Shown piece by piece: positions 28,001 to 42,174 of a stretch of DNA of 64,000 nucleotides. The notes under the pieces are model-generated. The model was not told the DNA's origin. It did no database searches and saw only the letters and a list, made by a program, of their open reading frames with translations. Every line of letters begins with the position of its first letter. Within the stretch, counting starts at the first letter, position 1. Made by a program: the position numbers and the translations under genes. Source of the stretch: the human T2T-CHM13v2.0 reference genome, Homo sapiens; the NCBI RefSeq assembly GCF_009914755.1, contig NC_060946.1, one strand, 5' to 3'.

Positions 28001-28864
28001 GGGGCTGATACGCTGGGAGGATTTGGAAAAGCCACCCTTCTCTCTTCCCTAAGTCACAGTTTGCCCATCTGTAAAATGGGGACACATAGAAAAGTCTAAG
28101 GGGCTCTTCTGACTCTGGAACTCTAAGATTTTATAGACCATCCCCTCCTCTGGGACAAGCCCATGCATCTCCCTCTTGCCCCAGACATCCTCCCTACAAA
28201 CAGTAAGCCTGGGTGGGAGCTGGGGAGGGGGAGGATCTGAGAGACTCTGATGCCTTTCGTCAAGGTCTTGCATTACTGATGCTTCCTGGCTCCTGCTCTT
28301 CAGCCCTCTCTGAGGTCTGACCTTCTAATGAGCGGATGCACATTATCAGCCGCTGCGGTTTGAACGGGTGCCTATAATTTAGTGTTGCCTAATGCTGGAA
28401 ACTGAGAGCAGAACTTGCGTAATTAGATTGGGGTCTCATTAACGTCTGCCTCCTCGGGTGTTTTTCATTCTTGGTTTCTCCTGCCCTGTATTTGTAATCC
28501 CTTCTGTCTGTATAAACATGGCTGTCCCTTTTTATCTCTCCCTTGTGGGGCCAGGCTAGAATTTGGGTCCAGAACAGCGAAGGCACTCACAAAGCATGAA
28601 TTTTAACATGCCCCGGGATGGCCCCTGCTCTGCTTTCTAAATAGAGAACCTGGATGTCTGGGTTGCGCTTAAGCACCTCGAGCTGGCTGGCTGGCCACCC
28701 TGGGTTTGGGTTTGGACAAAAACCAGAGGAAGGAGGGCTATCAAGACAGCTGCTGCAAATACTGGTGATTTAACCAACTTGTGTACAATGCTTGGCCATT
28801 TACAAAGCACTCCTACAATCTGACCTTGTAAGCAGGGACCTGGTCTATTTTGTTCACTGGTCCC

Positions 28865-29380
28865 CTAAGAGTTATTCTCTTTTTGTGCCCTCCTGACCCC
28901 ATTCTATGCTTTTTCCACTCTTCTCTGCCCTGCTCTGAGCTACAGGAGATGGGTCCCTGTTGGCAGCATCAACTCAGCTCCCTTGCTGAAAGGTTTCTGC
29001 TTGCCTTTGGCCAAAGTGAGGCCCCAGCAGGAGACTGGAAGGCAGAGGGAGAGAAGGGGGTGGTACTTCTCTCTAGTGCCCACTGTGCTTTAGTGCCATG
29101 ACTTTGAAGGTAGCTGAGTTCCTCCCCAGTTATAGCTTCAATGGACCAGCTCTCCTGCTCAAGTCTAGATTAAACCTACTAGATTTAGTCTAGAAATTCT
29201 ATTCTCTCCTTTTGTCCCTTCACCCCTAGGGATAATGGTTTCCTTCTGTTGTCAGATTCTAAATACCTCACGTTCCCTTAGCCCCTCACACTCCTCCATA
29301 AGTTGCCCCTTCCTTAAAGTCTCTTTATTTAGACCATTTAGGGGTGAATTCTGTCTTTTGCCTGGTCCCTGTCTGATACA
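28865..29380 (+). mobile_element. LTR33-like ERVL LTR, inserted in L2
   Basis: ctcccttgc...tttggccaaagtgaggccccagcaggagactggaaggcagaggg; ends ccctgtctgataca; L2 sequence on both sides. Confidence 0.7.
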
Positions 29381-30434
29381 ATACCCAATGTCTGAAGTGG
29401 TCCCTGGAACATAGTAGGTCCTTAATAAATGTTTGTGGAATGAATGCACAAACTTTTCATAGATGACATCTCATGTCATCCTTACAAAAACTATGCAAAA
29501 TAATATTATTACCTTTTACAGATTAAAAAACACTGAAGCTCAGAGAGGTAAATTCTCATACCTGAGCAACAGATTTTTAAGGGAGGGCAACACTCCCATA
29601 CTGTACCCTGAATGAGCTGTAGCTTCACTCTGCACCCTGGAGAAATCTCTACATACTGCTGCTTTCTGTACAGAGACTGAGTGTCCACTCACGCCAGCCT
29701 GGTGTGGGCTCAACAGGACCAGAGGCTGGTGGAGTGGACAAAGATTCGAAGACACTTGGAAATTCACTCGGTATAGAATCAGAGACCTGGGTTCAAATCC
29801 AAGTGGTGCTACTTTCTAAAAGTGTGATCTGGGGCAATGAAATCAATGACAATGATTTAACTGTCCCAGTTGTGACTCAGTTTCTTCCTCTCTAAATGGG
29901 GCTATAATAATTATTATTACACACTTAATTTAGTGATTATCCTGATCCAGGCATTGTGTTTAGCATTTCACATTATACTAACTCATGTAATCCTCACTGC
30001 AACCCTATGAGGAGGTATTGTTATTATTATTATTAGGAGGAGGAGGGGGAGTATTACAGATAAGTTACTGCCCACGGTCACACAGCTGCTGTCACCGTGG
30101 CAAATCTGGGATGTCCACCAAGGCAGCCTGCAGCCTGCTCCAGAACTGTGTTCTTAACCTTCAGGCTATACTGGCTGTCTACATTATTATTAGGCCATTT
30201 CATGAGTTCGTAACAACTAGGTAAGAAGACCATCTATGATGGGCACTTAGCACAGCCCTGGTGCACAAGGTGCCATCAATAGTGGTGACTGACTTTTCCT
30301 TGTTCCCCACCTAAAAGTCAGATGCATGGATCCTCTCCATATTTTTCTTCCATGTCGTTGTTCGATTGTACTCTTGCATGGCATTCATAGTAGGAGACAT
30401 ATGGCTTCTTTAAGCAGCTCTGCCCCTTGCCACA

Positions 30435-30670
30435 CACAGGCCTTGGAGCCAGACTGCCTTGGGCTTGAATCCTAGCTTTGCCACTTATTGGCTGGAGAAC
30501 TGGATGTCATTACCCCATCCATTGGTGTTTCAGCCTTTTTATCTATAAAATGGTGATTTTAATAGCACACACCCTATAGGGTTGTCGAAAGGATGAAATG
30601 AGTTAATTCATGTTAAGTGCTTGGAGCAGTGCCTAGCACGTAGGAAATGCTATAAAAGTGTTTGCTAAAT
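30435..30670 (+). mobile_element. MIR SINE
   Basis: ggagccagactgccttgggcttgaatcctagctttgccactta...atgaaatgagttaattcatg. Confidence 0.8.
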
Positions 30671-30689
30671 AAATAAAAGTTCATGAATT

Positions 30690-31130
30690 TTGTATGTGCA
30701 ATTCAAGCTGGCTTAAACAAAAAGGGATTTTTTTTGGCTCAACTAAGTCCGGATCCAGAGCCTTGAATAACATCATCAGGGCATCGTCTCTCTGCTTGGC
30801 TGTGTGTTCCTTTACCTTGGCTTCATTCTTGGCAGATTGTTCACTCAAGGAGAGAGATGGCCACCAGCAGCTCCAGACATACATCCCATCCGCTCTGTGG
30901 TCCCAGCAGAAAACATGTGCCTTTCATCCAAGAGTTCTGGCACTGGCCTGGCTTGGGTCCCAGTGAGATATTCCAATTGACTGGGGCTAGTCATGTGCCA
31001 TCAGCTGCACACACCACACAGACTGCAAGTTGGGGAGGGGGTCACCTCAATGGAATCCTAGGTGCTGTTTGCCAAAGCAGAAGGAATGGAAGCTGGAGAA
31101 AGCCAGCAATGATCTTCTCTGCCATCCATC
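30690..31130 (-). mobile_element. Old MLT1 (K/L-like) LTR fragment
   Basis: tcaagctggcttaaacaaaaaggga...ggcttcattctt...agatggccaccagcagctcca. Confidence 0.55.
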
Positions 31131-31139
31131 CTGGTCACC

Positions 31140-31658
31140 TATATTAGTCAGGGTTCTCCAGAGAAACAGAACTAACAGGATATATCAAAGAGGAGATTTA
31201 TTATGGGGATTGGCTCACATGATTACAGAGGCTGACAAGTTCCACAAGATGCTGGCTGTGAGCTGGAGAACCAGGAAAGCTCATAGTGTGATTTGGTCTG
31301 AGTTTGAAGGCTTGAGAACCAGGAGTGTCAACCGTATAATTTCCCAGTCTATGGCTGGAGTCTTGAGAATTGGGTGGCTGCTGGCATCAGTCTTGAAGTC
31401 TGAAGGCCTAAGAACCAGGAGCTTTGATGTCCAAGGGCAGGAGAAGACAGGTGTCCCAGGTCAAGAGAGAGAGATTTAGCTCTTCCTCTGTCTTTTTGTT
31501 CTAGTGGGACCCCCAGCGGATTGGATGCTGTCTGACCACACGGTGAGGGAAGATCTTCCTTGATGAGCCTACTGATTCCAACGCTCTTCCAGAAATACCC
31601 TCACAGACGCAACAAGAAATAAAGTTTTACCAGCCCTCTGGGTAAATTAACCATCACA
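31140..31658 (-). mobile_element. MLT2B-like ERVL solo LTR
   Basis: tattagtcagggttctccagagaaacagaac...aaattaaccatcaca; 5-bp TSD TCACC at 31135-39 and 31659-63. Confidence 0.9.
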
Positions 31659-31875
31659 TCACCATTCCTGAAGTTGCTCCTTGTGAGCAAGACTTCGGGA
31701 GATCTAGACCTTGGTCACAATGCATACTGGAAGTGCTTACAGGCAATTTCAATACAACGTCTACATGTCTTTGAAAGAATACACAGCAAGTCAAGAGCAC
31801 TGTTTAACATTCCTATTTTGGGAGACCATAGCTAGGACTTGTTATGGCCCTATATGCCTGTGGAAGATACCACTG

Positions 31876-32432
31876 TTTTTATTTATTTGTTTATTAAACT
31901 TTTATTTTAGGTTCAGGGTTACATGTGCAGGTTTGTTATACCAGTAAACTTGTGTCATAGGGGTTTGCTGTACAGATTATTTTGTCACCCAGATACAAAG
32001 CCTAGTACTCAATAGTTATTTTTTCTGATCCTCTCCCTCCTACCACCCTTCACCCTCAAGTAGGCCTCAGTATCTGTTGTTCTCTTTGTGTCCATGAGTT
32101 CTCATCATTTAGCTCCCACTTATAAATGAGAACATGTGGTATTTGGTTTTCTGTTCCTGTGTTAGTTTGCTAAGGGTAATGGCCTCCAGCTCCATCCATG
32201 CTCCCACAAAAGACATGATCTCCTTCTTTTTTATGGCTGGATAGTATTCCATGTATATGTACCACATTTTCTTTATCCAGTCTACCACTGATGGGAATTT
32301 AGGTTGATTTCACGTCTTTGCTATTGTGACTAGTGCTGCAATGAACATTTGCATGCATGTGTCTTTATGGTAGAATGATTTATATTTCTTTGGGTATATA
32401 CTCGGTAATGGGATTGCTGGATCAAATGGTAC
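31876..32432 (-). mobile_element. L1PA15/16-like 3' fragment
   Basis: acatgtgcaggtttgttata...tacagattattttgtcaccca; degenerate TSD tggaagat..cactg. Confidence 0.9.
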
Positions 32433-32654
32433 TTTGGAAGATTCTACTGATTCCCCCCACTGAAGGACACACTGAGTCACAGGCTACTTAGTGTGTGTGC
32501 ACATTCTCATGGGTCTGACATCCTGTAACAAATCTTGCTAAAGTGAGCTACCTGGCTGAGATTGTAAGCACCATCCTGGGCATGAGACAGAATAAATCTC
32601 AACAGCCATATGGGTCCCTGAACCCAGGCCTTTAGCTATACTGGCACTGTCTTC

Positions 32655-32890
32655 ACAGCCCTGGCTACTCAAAATGTGATCTTCCAACAGCAGCATCAGC
32701 AGCATCCAGGAGCTTGTTCACATCCTTGCTGCTCAAACTGAACCTGCAAGACCAGATGCACTGGCTTCATCTGGGAGCTCAAAGAAAACTCAAAATCTCA
32801 GGCCATACCTGAAGACATAATGGATGAAGATCTGCATTTTAACATGAGATCTCCCAGAGGTGTGTAAACACATTAAATTTCAAGAGGCAC
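32655..32890. mobile_element. MER5-like hAT fragment(s)
   Basis: gctactcaaaatgtgatc...cagcagcatcagc...atctgcattttaaca. Confidence 0.6.
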
Positions 32891-32893
32891 TGC

Positions 32894-33631
<738 letters not shown>

Positions 33632-33889
33632 ACTGCCTTCAAAGTCTGCCATTCCTGAATGCTGGAAGAACTGCCAATTAGCAAATACCTGGAACATTTC
33701 TGTAACTTTATTTTTGTAAACAATGTTGTAAATTCAGGAAGAATATGGCAGGTCTAGAATAAGACTTGAAGATGTCTATTTTTGCAAAGTGATTCTTGTG
33801 TTCAGGCAGCATACCTAGGAGTGTCCTCAGCTTTTCAGCCCGTCCTGCCTCAGTGCAGGGCCATGTTGAGAACAATCTGGGGATGTTTC

Positions 33890-34055
33890 CTACTTTGGCT
33901 GCCACTAGAATCACGAGGGGAGCTTTAAAAATATGAATACCTAAATCCCACCCTCAGAGATTCCAGTGCAATACGTCTGGGACACTGCTTGGGTATCAGG
34001 ATTTTAAAATAATTCCTAGGTGATTCTAATCTGTAGCTAAATCTGAGGACCAATG
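33890..34055. mobile_element. MER5A-like hAT fragment
   Basis: ctactttggctgccactagaatcac...ggtgattctaat. Confidence 0.65.
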
Positions 34056-34067
34056 GGATAGTTGTTC

Positions 34068-34357
34068 TTTTTTTTTTTTTTTTTTTTTGTGGCAGGGTCT
34101 CAATCTGTCATCCAGGCTCACTGCAGTGGCTCACTGCAGCATCCGCTCCCAGGTTCAAGTGATTCTCATGCCTCAGCCACTCAAATAGCTGAGACTACAG
34201 GCGCACACCACCACACCTGGATAATTTTTGCATTTTTATTAGAGACAGGGTTTTGCCATATTGCCCAGGCTTGTCTCAAACTCCTGATCTCAAGCAATCT
34301 GCCCACCTTGGCCTCCCAAAGTGCTGGGATTACAGGCGTAAGCCATTGTGCCCAGCC
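34068..34357 (-). mobile_element. Alu (J/S)
   Basis: full dimer; TSD gggatag(t/a)tgttctt. Confidence 0.93.
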
Positions 34358-35468
34358 GGGATAGATGTTCTTGTTTTTACCTGTTACAAATGAAGGAGAT
34401 CCAGCCACCCTACCAAATAGGGAAGCAGACACGAGTACAAAAAATACCAAATATGAGCACAGATTCCTAAACAATAGCATTTTAGGCTTTTTATAGTTCT
34501 TGTGTGCAAAATGAGGGTGCTATGAAGAAGTACATGAAAGTATATATTTAGCATTATTCTCCTAATCTCCAATAATCAGGAACTTCTTTATGTCTCCTTA
34601 TAGTTTTGTCCATTTTTGAAGTATATCTTGAGGTATTTTTATATAGTGCTTATACATTTAAAATTATTTCTTCTAAGTAAATGAATCTTTATCATAATAA
34701 ATTACTTCCTTTTCCCTAGTAATGCTTTTCACCTTCGAGTCTATTTTTTCCCCCAGACATTAATGCAGCTGCATCAGTGAGCTTTCTTTTGCTGCACAGT
34801 TGCATGGTATATTTTTCCCCTTTCTTTAACTTTCAAATTTTCTATATGCTTATATTTTAGATGAATGTCTTGAATGGAAAACATTTAGATTTTTTAAAAG
34901 TTACACTGATAACTCTTCTCTTTAATTAGTGCATTTAGTCCATTTACATTTAATGTAATTATTGGTATACATACACTGGTGACACAAATATTTAACAACT
35001 CCCAGAGTACTTTGTGGGGTTTGCAGTTCTCACAAATGACCATGAGAGGGCGAATCCAGAAGATGCACAGGCATTTATAGCCTTGAAGAGACAGGAGAAA
35101 CCAAGCATTCACTCTCTGGGGTTCCACTACTACTTCTGAGGTTCTTCCCTACAATGTCTGGGCATCCTGTGGCCAGGGGAGAACAAGAATATGGGCTTGG
35201 GGACAGGAGTGTGGTGGACTGGGGGACACAGGAACAGTCTCATGGGGTTAAGGTGGCTGAAGTCACTCAGTAGGCTCAAGGCAATGGCTATTTACCTACC
35301 GGTATAGAAAAGTTTCAATATTTTAATAACCAGCACTGCTGTATAAGCAATTCAGAATGATATCAGATCAGACCTGCTGTTATATTGGGTGTAAATCAAC
35401 CATTTACTTTGTGTTATTTACAACACCTGTTCTGTGTTGGTTTTTAAAGCCTGCTATTAATATATTTA

Positions 35469-35755
35469 CTTTTTTTTTTTTTTTTTTGAGACAAGATCTT
35501 TCTCTGTCACCCAGGCTAAAGTGCAGTGGCGTGATCACAGCTCACTGCAGGTTTGACCTCCCCGGGCTCAATCAATTCTCCCAATTCAGCCTCCCTGAGT
35601 AGCTGGGAGGATTTCCGCTATTTTTTTGTATTTTTCATAGAGATGGAGTTTCACCATGTTGCCCAGGCTGGTCTCAAACTCCTGAGTGCAGGCAATCCAC
35701 CCACCTGGCCTCCCAAAGTGCTGGGATTTACAGGCGTGAGCCACCACACCTGGCC
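35469..35755 (-). mobile_element. AluJb-like
   Basis: gtgatcacagctcactgcag...gttgcccaggctggtctcaaactcctgag; small internal deletion. Confidence 0.9.
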
Positions 35756-36169
35756 ATGTTTACTTTCTTCCCTGACAATACAAGGGCCTCAGAATATCTT
35801 AATTCCATTTACCCTCAATCTCTACTAACTTAATGTTGTATATTTTAATCCTTCATATATTTTTAAATCCATAAAATTATTTTATTGTCTTTTGAAGACA
35901 ATACCTATTAACACCACTTTCTTTGCCCTTCATATAATCTTGCAGCTCTACGTTAATCTGAGGTCATTTTATTTTTGCCTAAAGTACATACATACTTTAC
36001 AGTTTCCCTTTGTGAAGGTCTGTAAATGTTTTTATTTTGCCATCATTCATAAAAGATGTTTCTCTGAGGATAGAATTATAGGTTGGCAATTAATTTCTCT
36101 CAGCACACTGAAGACATTTTTCCACCACTGTTCTCAGGAAGCTGCCAGTCTGTTACTTTAACAAAAGTA

Positions 36170-36796
<627 letters not shown>

Positions 36797-37206
36797 TAAT
36801 CTGCCTTTTTCCCTCTGGCTTTTTCTTTCTAAATATCACTATTGAGTCTTGGTGTGGAATTATTTTTATTTATCCGCTTGAAATTTGCCAAGCTTCTGCT
36901 TTCGGTGGTTTGGTATCTTTCCAAAACAATCATTTCTTCAAATACTGTCTCTGCTCTATTCTCTTTTACCTCTCTCTTTTGAGATTCTGATTAAATGAAT
37001 ATTAGGCCCTCTCCTAGAATCTAACAGTCTTTCCTGCACCTCCGATCTTTTTCTCTCTGTGCTTCCTTCAGGATAATCTCTTCAGCTGTACCTTTCATTT
37101 CATAAACGCTTTTTCAGCCATGTCTAATGTGATGTTAAACACAATAATTTTGATTACTGTAGTTTTCATTTCCAGAAGTTGTGTTTAAAAAAAAAATGGT
37201 TGTATC

Positions 37207-37652
<446 letters not shown>

Positions 37653-38340
37653 CTATTGTTCCTGTTTCACCTGGTTATCTTTGACTACGTACTAGCTATT
37701 ATACAAAAAAATTATTTGAAGGATCATTTGAAGCCTAGCTTGAAAGTGCCTTCCTTTACATAGGATTTGCTTTTATTTCTGGCATGTCTGGGATCACCAT
37801 AAACCAAGTTCAATGCCTGAGGTTTCCTGGAGGGCTGGGGTATTCAAACTGCAATTCAAGCTGCAAGTACTTGTGAGGGCTCACCTACTTGTAATTCATG
37901 TTCACCTAGAAGCTGTAGTCCTTTGGGGAATCTCAGCTTATTGTGGAGAGGGTCTACTGTTACACTCCCTATTGTGAGTGGCCCTGAGTGTTGATTTCTG
38001 TCTCCCTTGCCTCCACTAAGCTCTCAAAACCAGTTGCAAATTTGGCTGATCTAGTGAATACTCTCAGGATACAGGTGGCTTTGTACTCATTTACCTGTCT
38101 GGGTTTTCATTTTCCCATCAGTCTCTTCCTGGTAATTCCTTACTGTCACACCAACTCTTAGAAGGCCTTTAAAGACTGTAATTATTTAGTATCAGTTTTT
38201 ACGTTGTTTTCAGGGGAAAAGCTGGTCCAAATGACCTAGCCCACCGTTACTGGAAATAGGAAGCCAAATGTCTTTCATGGCATACAGTAGGCACTCAATA
38301 AAGAATGGCTGAATTAGTTGAATTATCATAATTTACCAAA

Positions 38341-38705
38341 TGATATGGTTTGGCTGTGTCCCCACCCAAATCTTATCTTGAATTGTAGCTCCCACAATTC
38401 CCATGTGTCATGGGAGGGACCTGGTGGGAGGTAATTGAATCATGGGGGCGGGTCTTTCTCATGCTGTTCTCGTGTTAGTGAGTAAGTCTCAAGAGATCTA
38501 ACGGTTTTATAAAGGGGAGTTTCCCTGCACAGGCTCTCGTTCTCTCTTGTCTGCCATCAGGTAAGATGTGCCTTTCACCTTCCACCGTGATTGTGAGGCC
38601 TCCTCAGCCACGTGGAACTGTGAGTCCAGTAAGCCTCTTTTTCTTTATGAATTACCCGGTCTCGAGTATATGTCTTTATCAGCAGCATGAAAAAGGACTA
38701 ATATA
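38341..38705 (+). mobile_element. THE1B-like MaLR solo LTR
   Basis: tgatatggtttggctgtgtccccacccaaatc start, ggactaatata end, 365 bp, 5-bp TSD CCAAA. Confidence 0.93.
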
Positions 38706-40024
38706 CCAAACATGCACCTTTTTTTTTGGATCTGTCTTTATTTGCAGAGGCTGTTTCCTACTCTTAGGATATACTTCTCTTTCCCTACACCCAGCCTGAG
38801 AATGTCCACATTCTACCATTGGACCAGGCTCAGAACAAATGTTACCTTTTCCTCAAAGCTTTTCCTGTTTTCCCTCCTTCCCCAAATCTGAATCCTGTCT
38901 CTTCCTTCTCTAAACCCTCATGAGACCTAGTGTGTATCGTTCTCTGGGTACTTAACTAGATAGCAATGTATTCATACATGTGTTTATCTCGCCTATGGAT
39001 TTATACATTCTTGTCATTTTTGGCTTCTGAAGAAACCCCTCACTTGCTCTCCAATTCAGCATAAATTACAAACAGATTTCTGAACATATTATATATCTAG
39101 TGCTTTTAGTTTTGGTCTACTTGGAGAAGATTCTATGAACACTTAGTCTGCCATATTGCAGGAAGTTGAATTTCATTTATTCTAATAAACCTTCCATTCG
39201 TACCGCACTTCAGAGTTAACAGGGTGCTGTCATACATGTGAGTTTCTGTAAACTTTAGCAGCCTCTAACTTCAGTGCATATCATCATGCTGCAGATGAGA
39301 AGTAGAGGACAAAAGGGACTAAATAATATGCCAGAGCAGAGCCTCAAAGCCAGAAATGGAACCCAAGTCTTTTCTCTCCAAGCCCATGGCTCACTTGGGG
39401 ACACCACAGGTGCTGCACGTATGATATGTGCCGCTGGTCATTACTACTGCAACCACACCTGGGAAGCAGACATTCTGTACAGGAAAGTACATGTGGCAAA
39501 GGAGTTAGGTCGCAGGAAGTGGACGGAGGGGTGGGCTACATGAGGTTCCACGTATGCAATTCTCAGAAGGTTCTGCATATTTTAATCCTACTTACCTCAC
39601 CACTTTGGTCCCATTTCTCACGACCTGCATGTCCACCATGCAGCCCCCGGTCACATAGGCAGCTAGGTTCAACTCTGAGAATTCAGCCTGAAGAATAAAG
39701 CAAAGCAAAAAAGGATTCATCAAATACCAACGGTGGTAACAACGGTTAACACATATTGGGTACTTAGAGGTACAAAGTACACCTTTAAAGCTCCCCTCAA
39801 ACTTAGGAAGTTGCCGATATTATTTTCATCTTTCTTTTTGAAAGATGAGGAAGCTGAGGCTCTAAGAGGCCTGGTGGCATGTCCAAGGCAGCACAATTAA
39901 TACAAGGCCAAACTGGATTGAAGCCCATGTGTCTCTGATTCAAGGACCTATGCTTTTAATCCTTGCTAATTTCTGCCTCTTTGAAGGTGGAAGAGGCAAT
40001 TCCAGCTCCAAGACCAGAACATGC

Positions 40025-40638
40025 CAGATGCTGTTTGATGGGACATTTTCTCTAGATTTTCTCACCTTCATGCTCTACAGTAGTATGGCATCATGACTCT
40101 GCAGATGCTGTTTGATGGGACATTTTCTCTAGATTTTCTCACCTTCATGCTCTACAGTAGTATGGCATCATGACTCTGCAGATGCTGTTTGATGGGACAT
40201 TTTCTCTAGATTTTCTCACCTTCATGCTCTACAGCAGTATGGCATCATGACTCTGCAGATGCTGTTTGATGGGACATTTTCTCTAGATTTTCTCACCTTC
40301 ATGCTCTACAGCAGTATGGCATCATGACTCTGCAGATGCTGTTTGATGGGACATTTTCTCTAGATTTTCTCACCTTCATGCTCTACAGTAGTATGGCATC
40401 ATGACTCTGCAGATGCTGTTTGATGGGACATTTTCTCTAGATTTTCTCACCTTCATGCTCTACAGTAGTATGGCATCATGACTCTGCAGATGCTGTTTGA
40501 TGGGACATTTTCTCTAGATTTTCTCACCTTCATGCTCTACAGTAGTATGGCATCATGACTCTGCAGATGCTGTTTGATGGGACATTTTCTCTAGATTTTC
40601 TCACCTTCATGCTCTACAGTAGTATGGCATCATGACTC
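40025..40638. repeat. VNTR/minisatellite, 77-bp unit x 8
   Basis: unit cagatgctgtttgatgggacattttctctagattttctcaccttcatgctctacag(t/c)agtatggcatcatgactctg; units start at 40025, 40102, 40179, 40256, 40333, 40410, 40487, 40564. Confidence 0.99.
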
Positions 40639-40679
40639 GGTGATTATTTCTCTCTATTAACGGACCCACCCCCCACCCT

Positions 40680-41140
40680 GGTCATATGCCCAGTTTTCTT
40701 CTCTTGGTAATGGCCCCTCCTCTTGCTCCATCCATCTGGTTACAGCAGCAGCACCATGTTTGTTCATTGACATACTGCCCTTTTGGTCACAGTTGATGGG
40801 GTAAGCATCTGACTCGGGGTGGAAGAATGAGATACTCTTCCCTGAGAGTTTGAAACTGATGAGTGAGTCATGCAGTTTCTTTCTAGGTGGTTGTATCTTT
40901 AATGCACAAACCATGTTTTCTGTCATCTGCACTGGCAAAGCACAGAAAACCAGGGTGGAGAGAGACAGAGAGAGGGAGGAATGTCACAGTCACCAAGAGA
41001 GGGGCAGGGGCAAGAGATGGGGATGTTTATGTGCCAGCTACAGACCTACCTTTGGATTTTGTGAGTTCATCTTTTGGGTTGCCTATTTGTTTAAATGAGC
41101 TTTCATGGATTTCTGTTGCTTACAACCAGAGTCCCATGGA
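40680..41140 (+). mobile_element. Ancient ERVL-class LTR fragment
   Basis: ggtcacagttgatgg...; ends gagctttcatggatttctgttgcttacaaccagagtcc. Confidence 0.5.
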
Positions 41141-41194
41141 ATACATCCCTCTTACCAGATGACATGCTCCCTGGGATTTCTCACTATAACCACC

Positions 41195-41578
41195 TGTCTT
41201 AGTCTCCCAAGGCTGCTGTAATAGGTGGCTTAAACAGCATAAATTCATTCTCCACAGTTTTGGAGGCTAGAAGTCCAAAATCAAGGTGCTGGTAGGGCTG
41301 GTTCCTGCTGAGGGCTATAAGGGAAGGATGTGTTCCAGACCTCTCTCCTTGGCTTGTAGATGGCCATCTGCTCCCTGTGTCTTCTTACATTGTCCTCCTT
41401 CTATATCCAAAGCTCCTGTTCTTATAAGGACACCAGTCATATACACTACCCTCACTTTAATAGCCTCACTTTAACTTGATTACCTCTTTAAAGACCCTAT
41501 CTCCAAATAAAGTCACATTCTACTGTGGGTTAGGACTTCAACATATGAATTTTGGGGGTGACAAGTCAACCTATAATG
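41195..41578 (-). mobile_element. MLT1B-like MaLR solo LTR
   Basis: tgtcttagtc...ggaggctagaagtccaaaatcaagg...ttaggacttcaacatatgaattttgggg. Confidence 0.85.
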
Positions 41579-41790
41579 CTATCGGCTAAAATGCATAGCA
41601 CCAAACTGTGCCTTATACACAGTAGATGCCAAAAGCAATTTCTTTGGGTTTAATGGATAAACATAACCACTCACATGTATGAAGCACTCACTATGTGCCA
41701 GGTACCGGCCTAAGCATTTTACACATATGAATTCATTTAATCCTCATGCTTGTCCAGATGAGGAAATGGAGGCAGAAAAAGATCAAATAA

Positions 41791-42174
<384 letters not shown>

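Noticed and set aside
29164-29194. Small inverted repeat tctagattaaacct-act-agatttagtctaga
   Set aside because: Short, imperfect and inside an old LTR; no evidence of function.
40025-40638. Regular repeat array as a CRISPR locus or coding repeat
   Set aside because: Units are contiguous with no unique spacers, the context is eukaryotic with no cas genes, and 77 is not a multiple of 3, so there is no long ORF.
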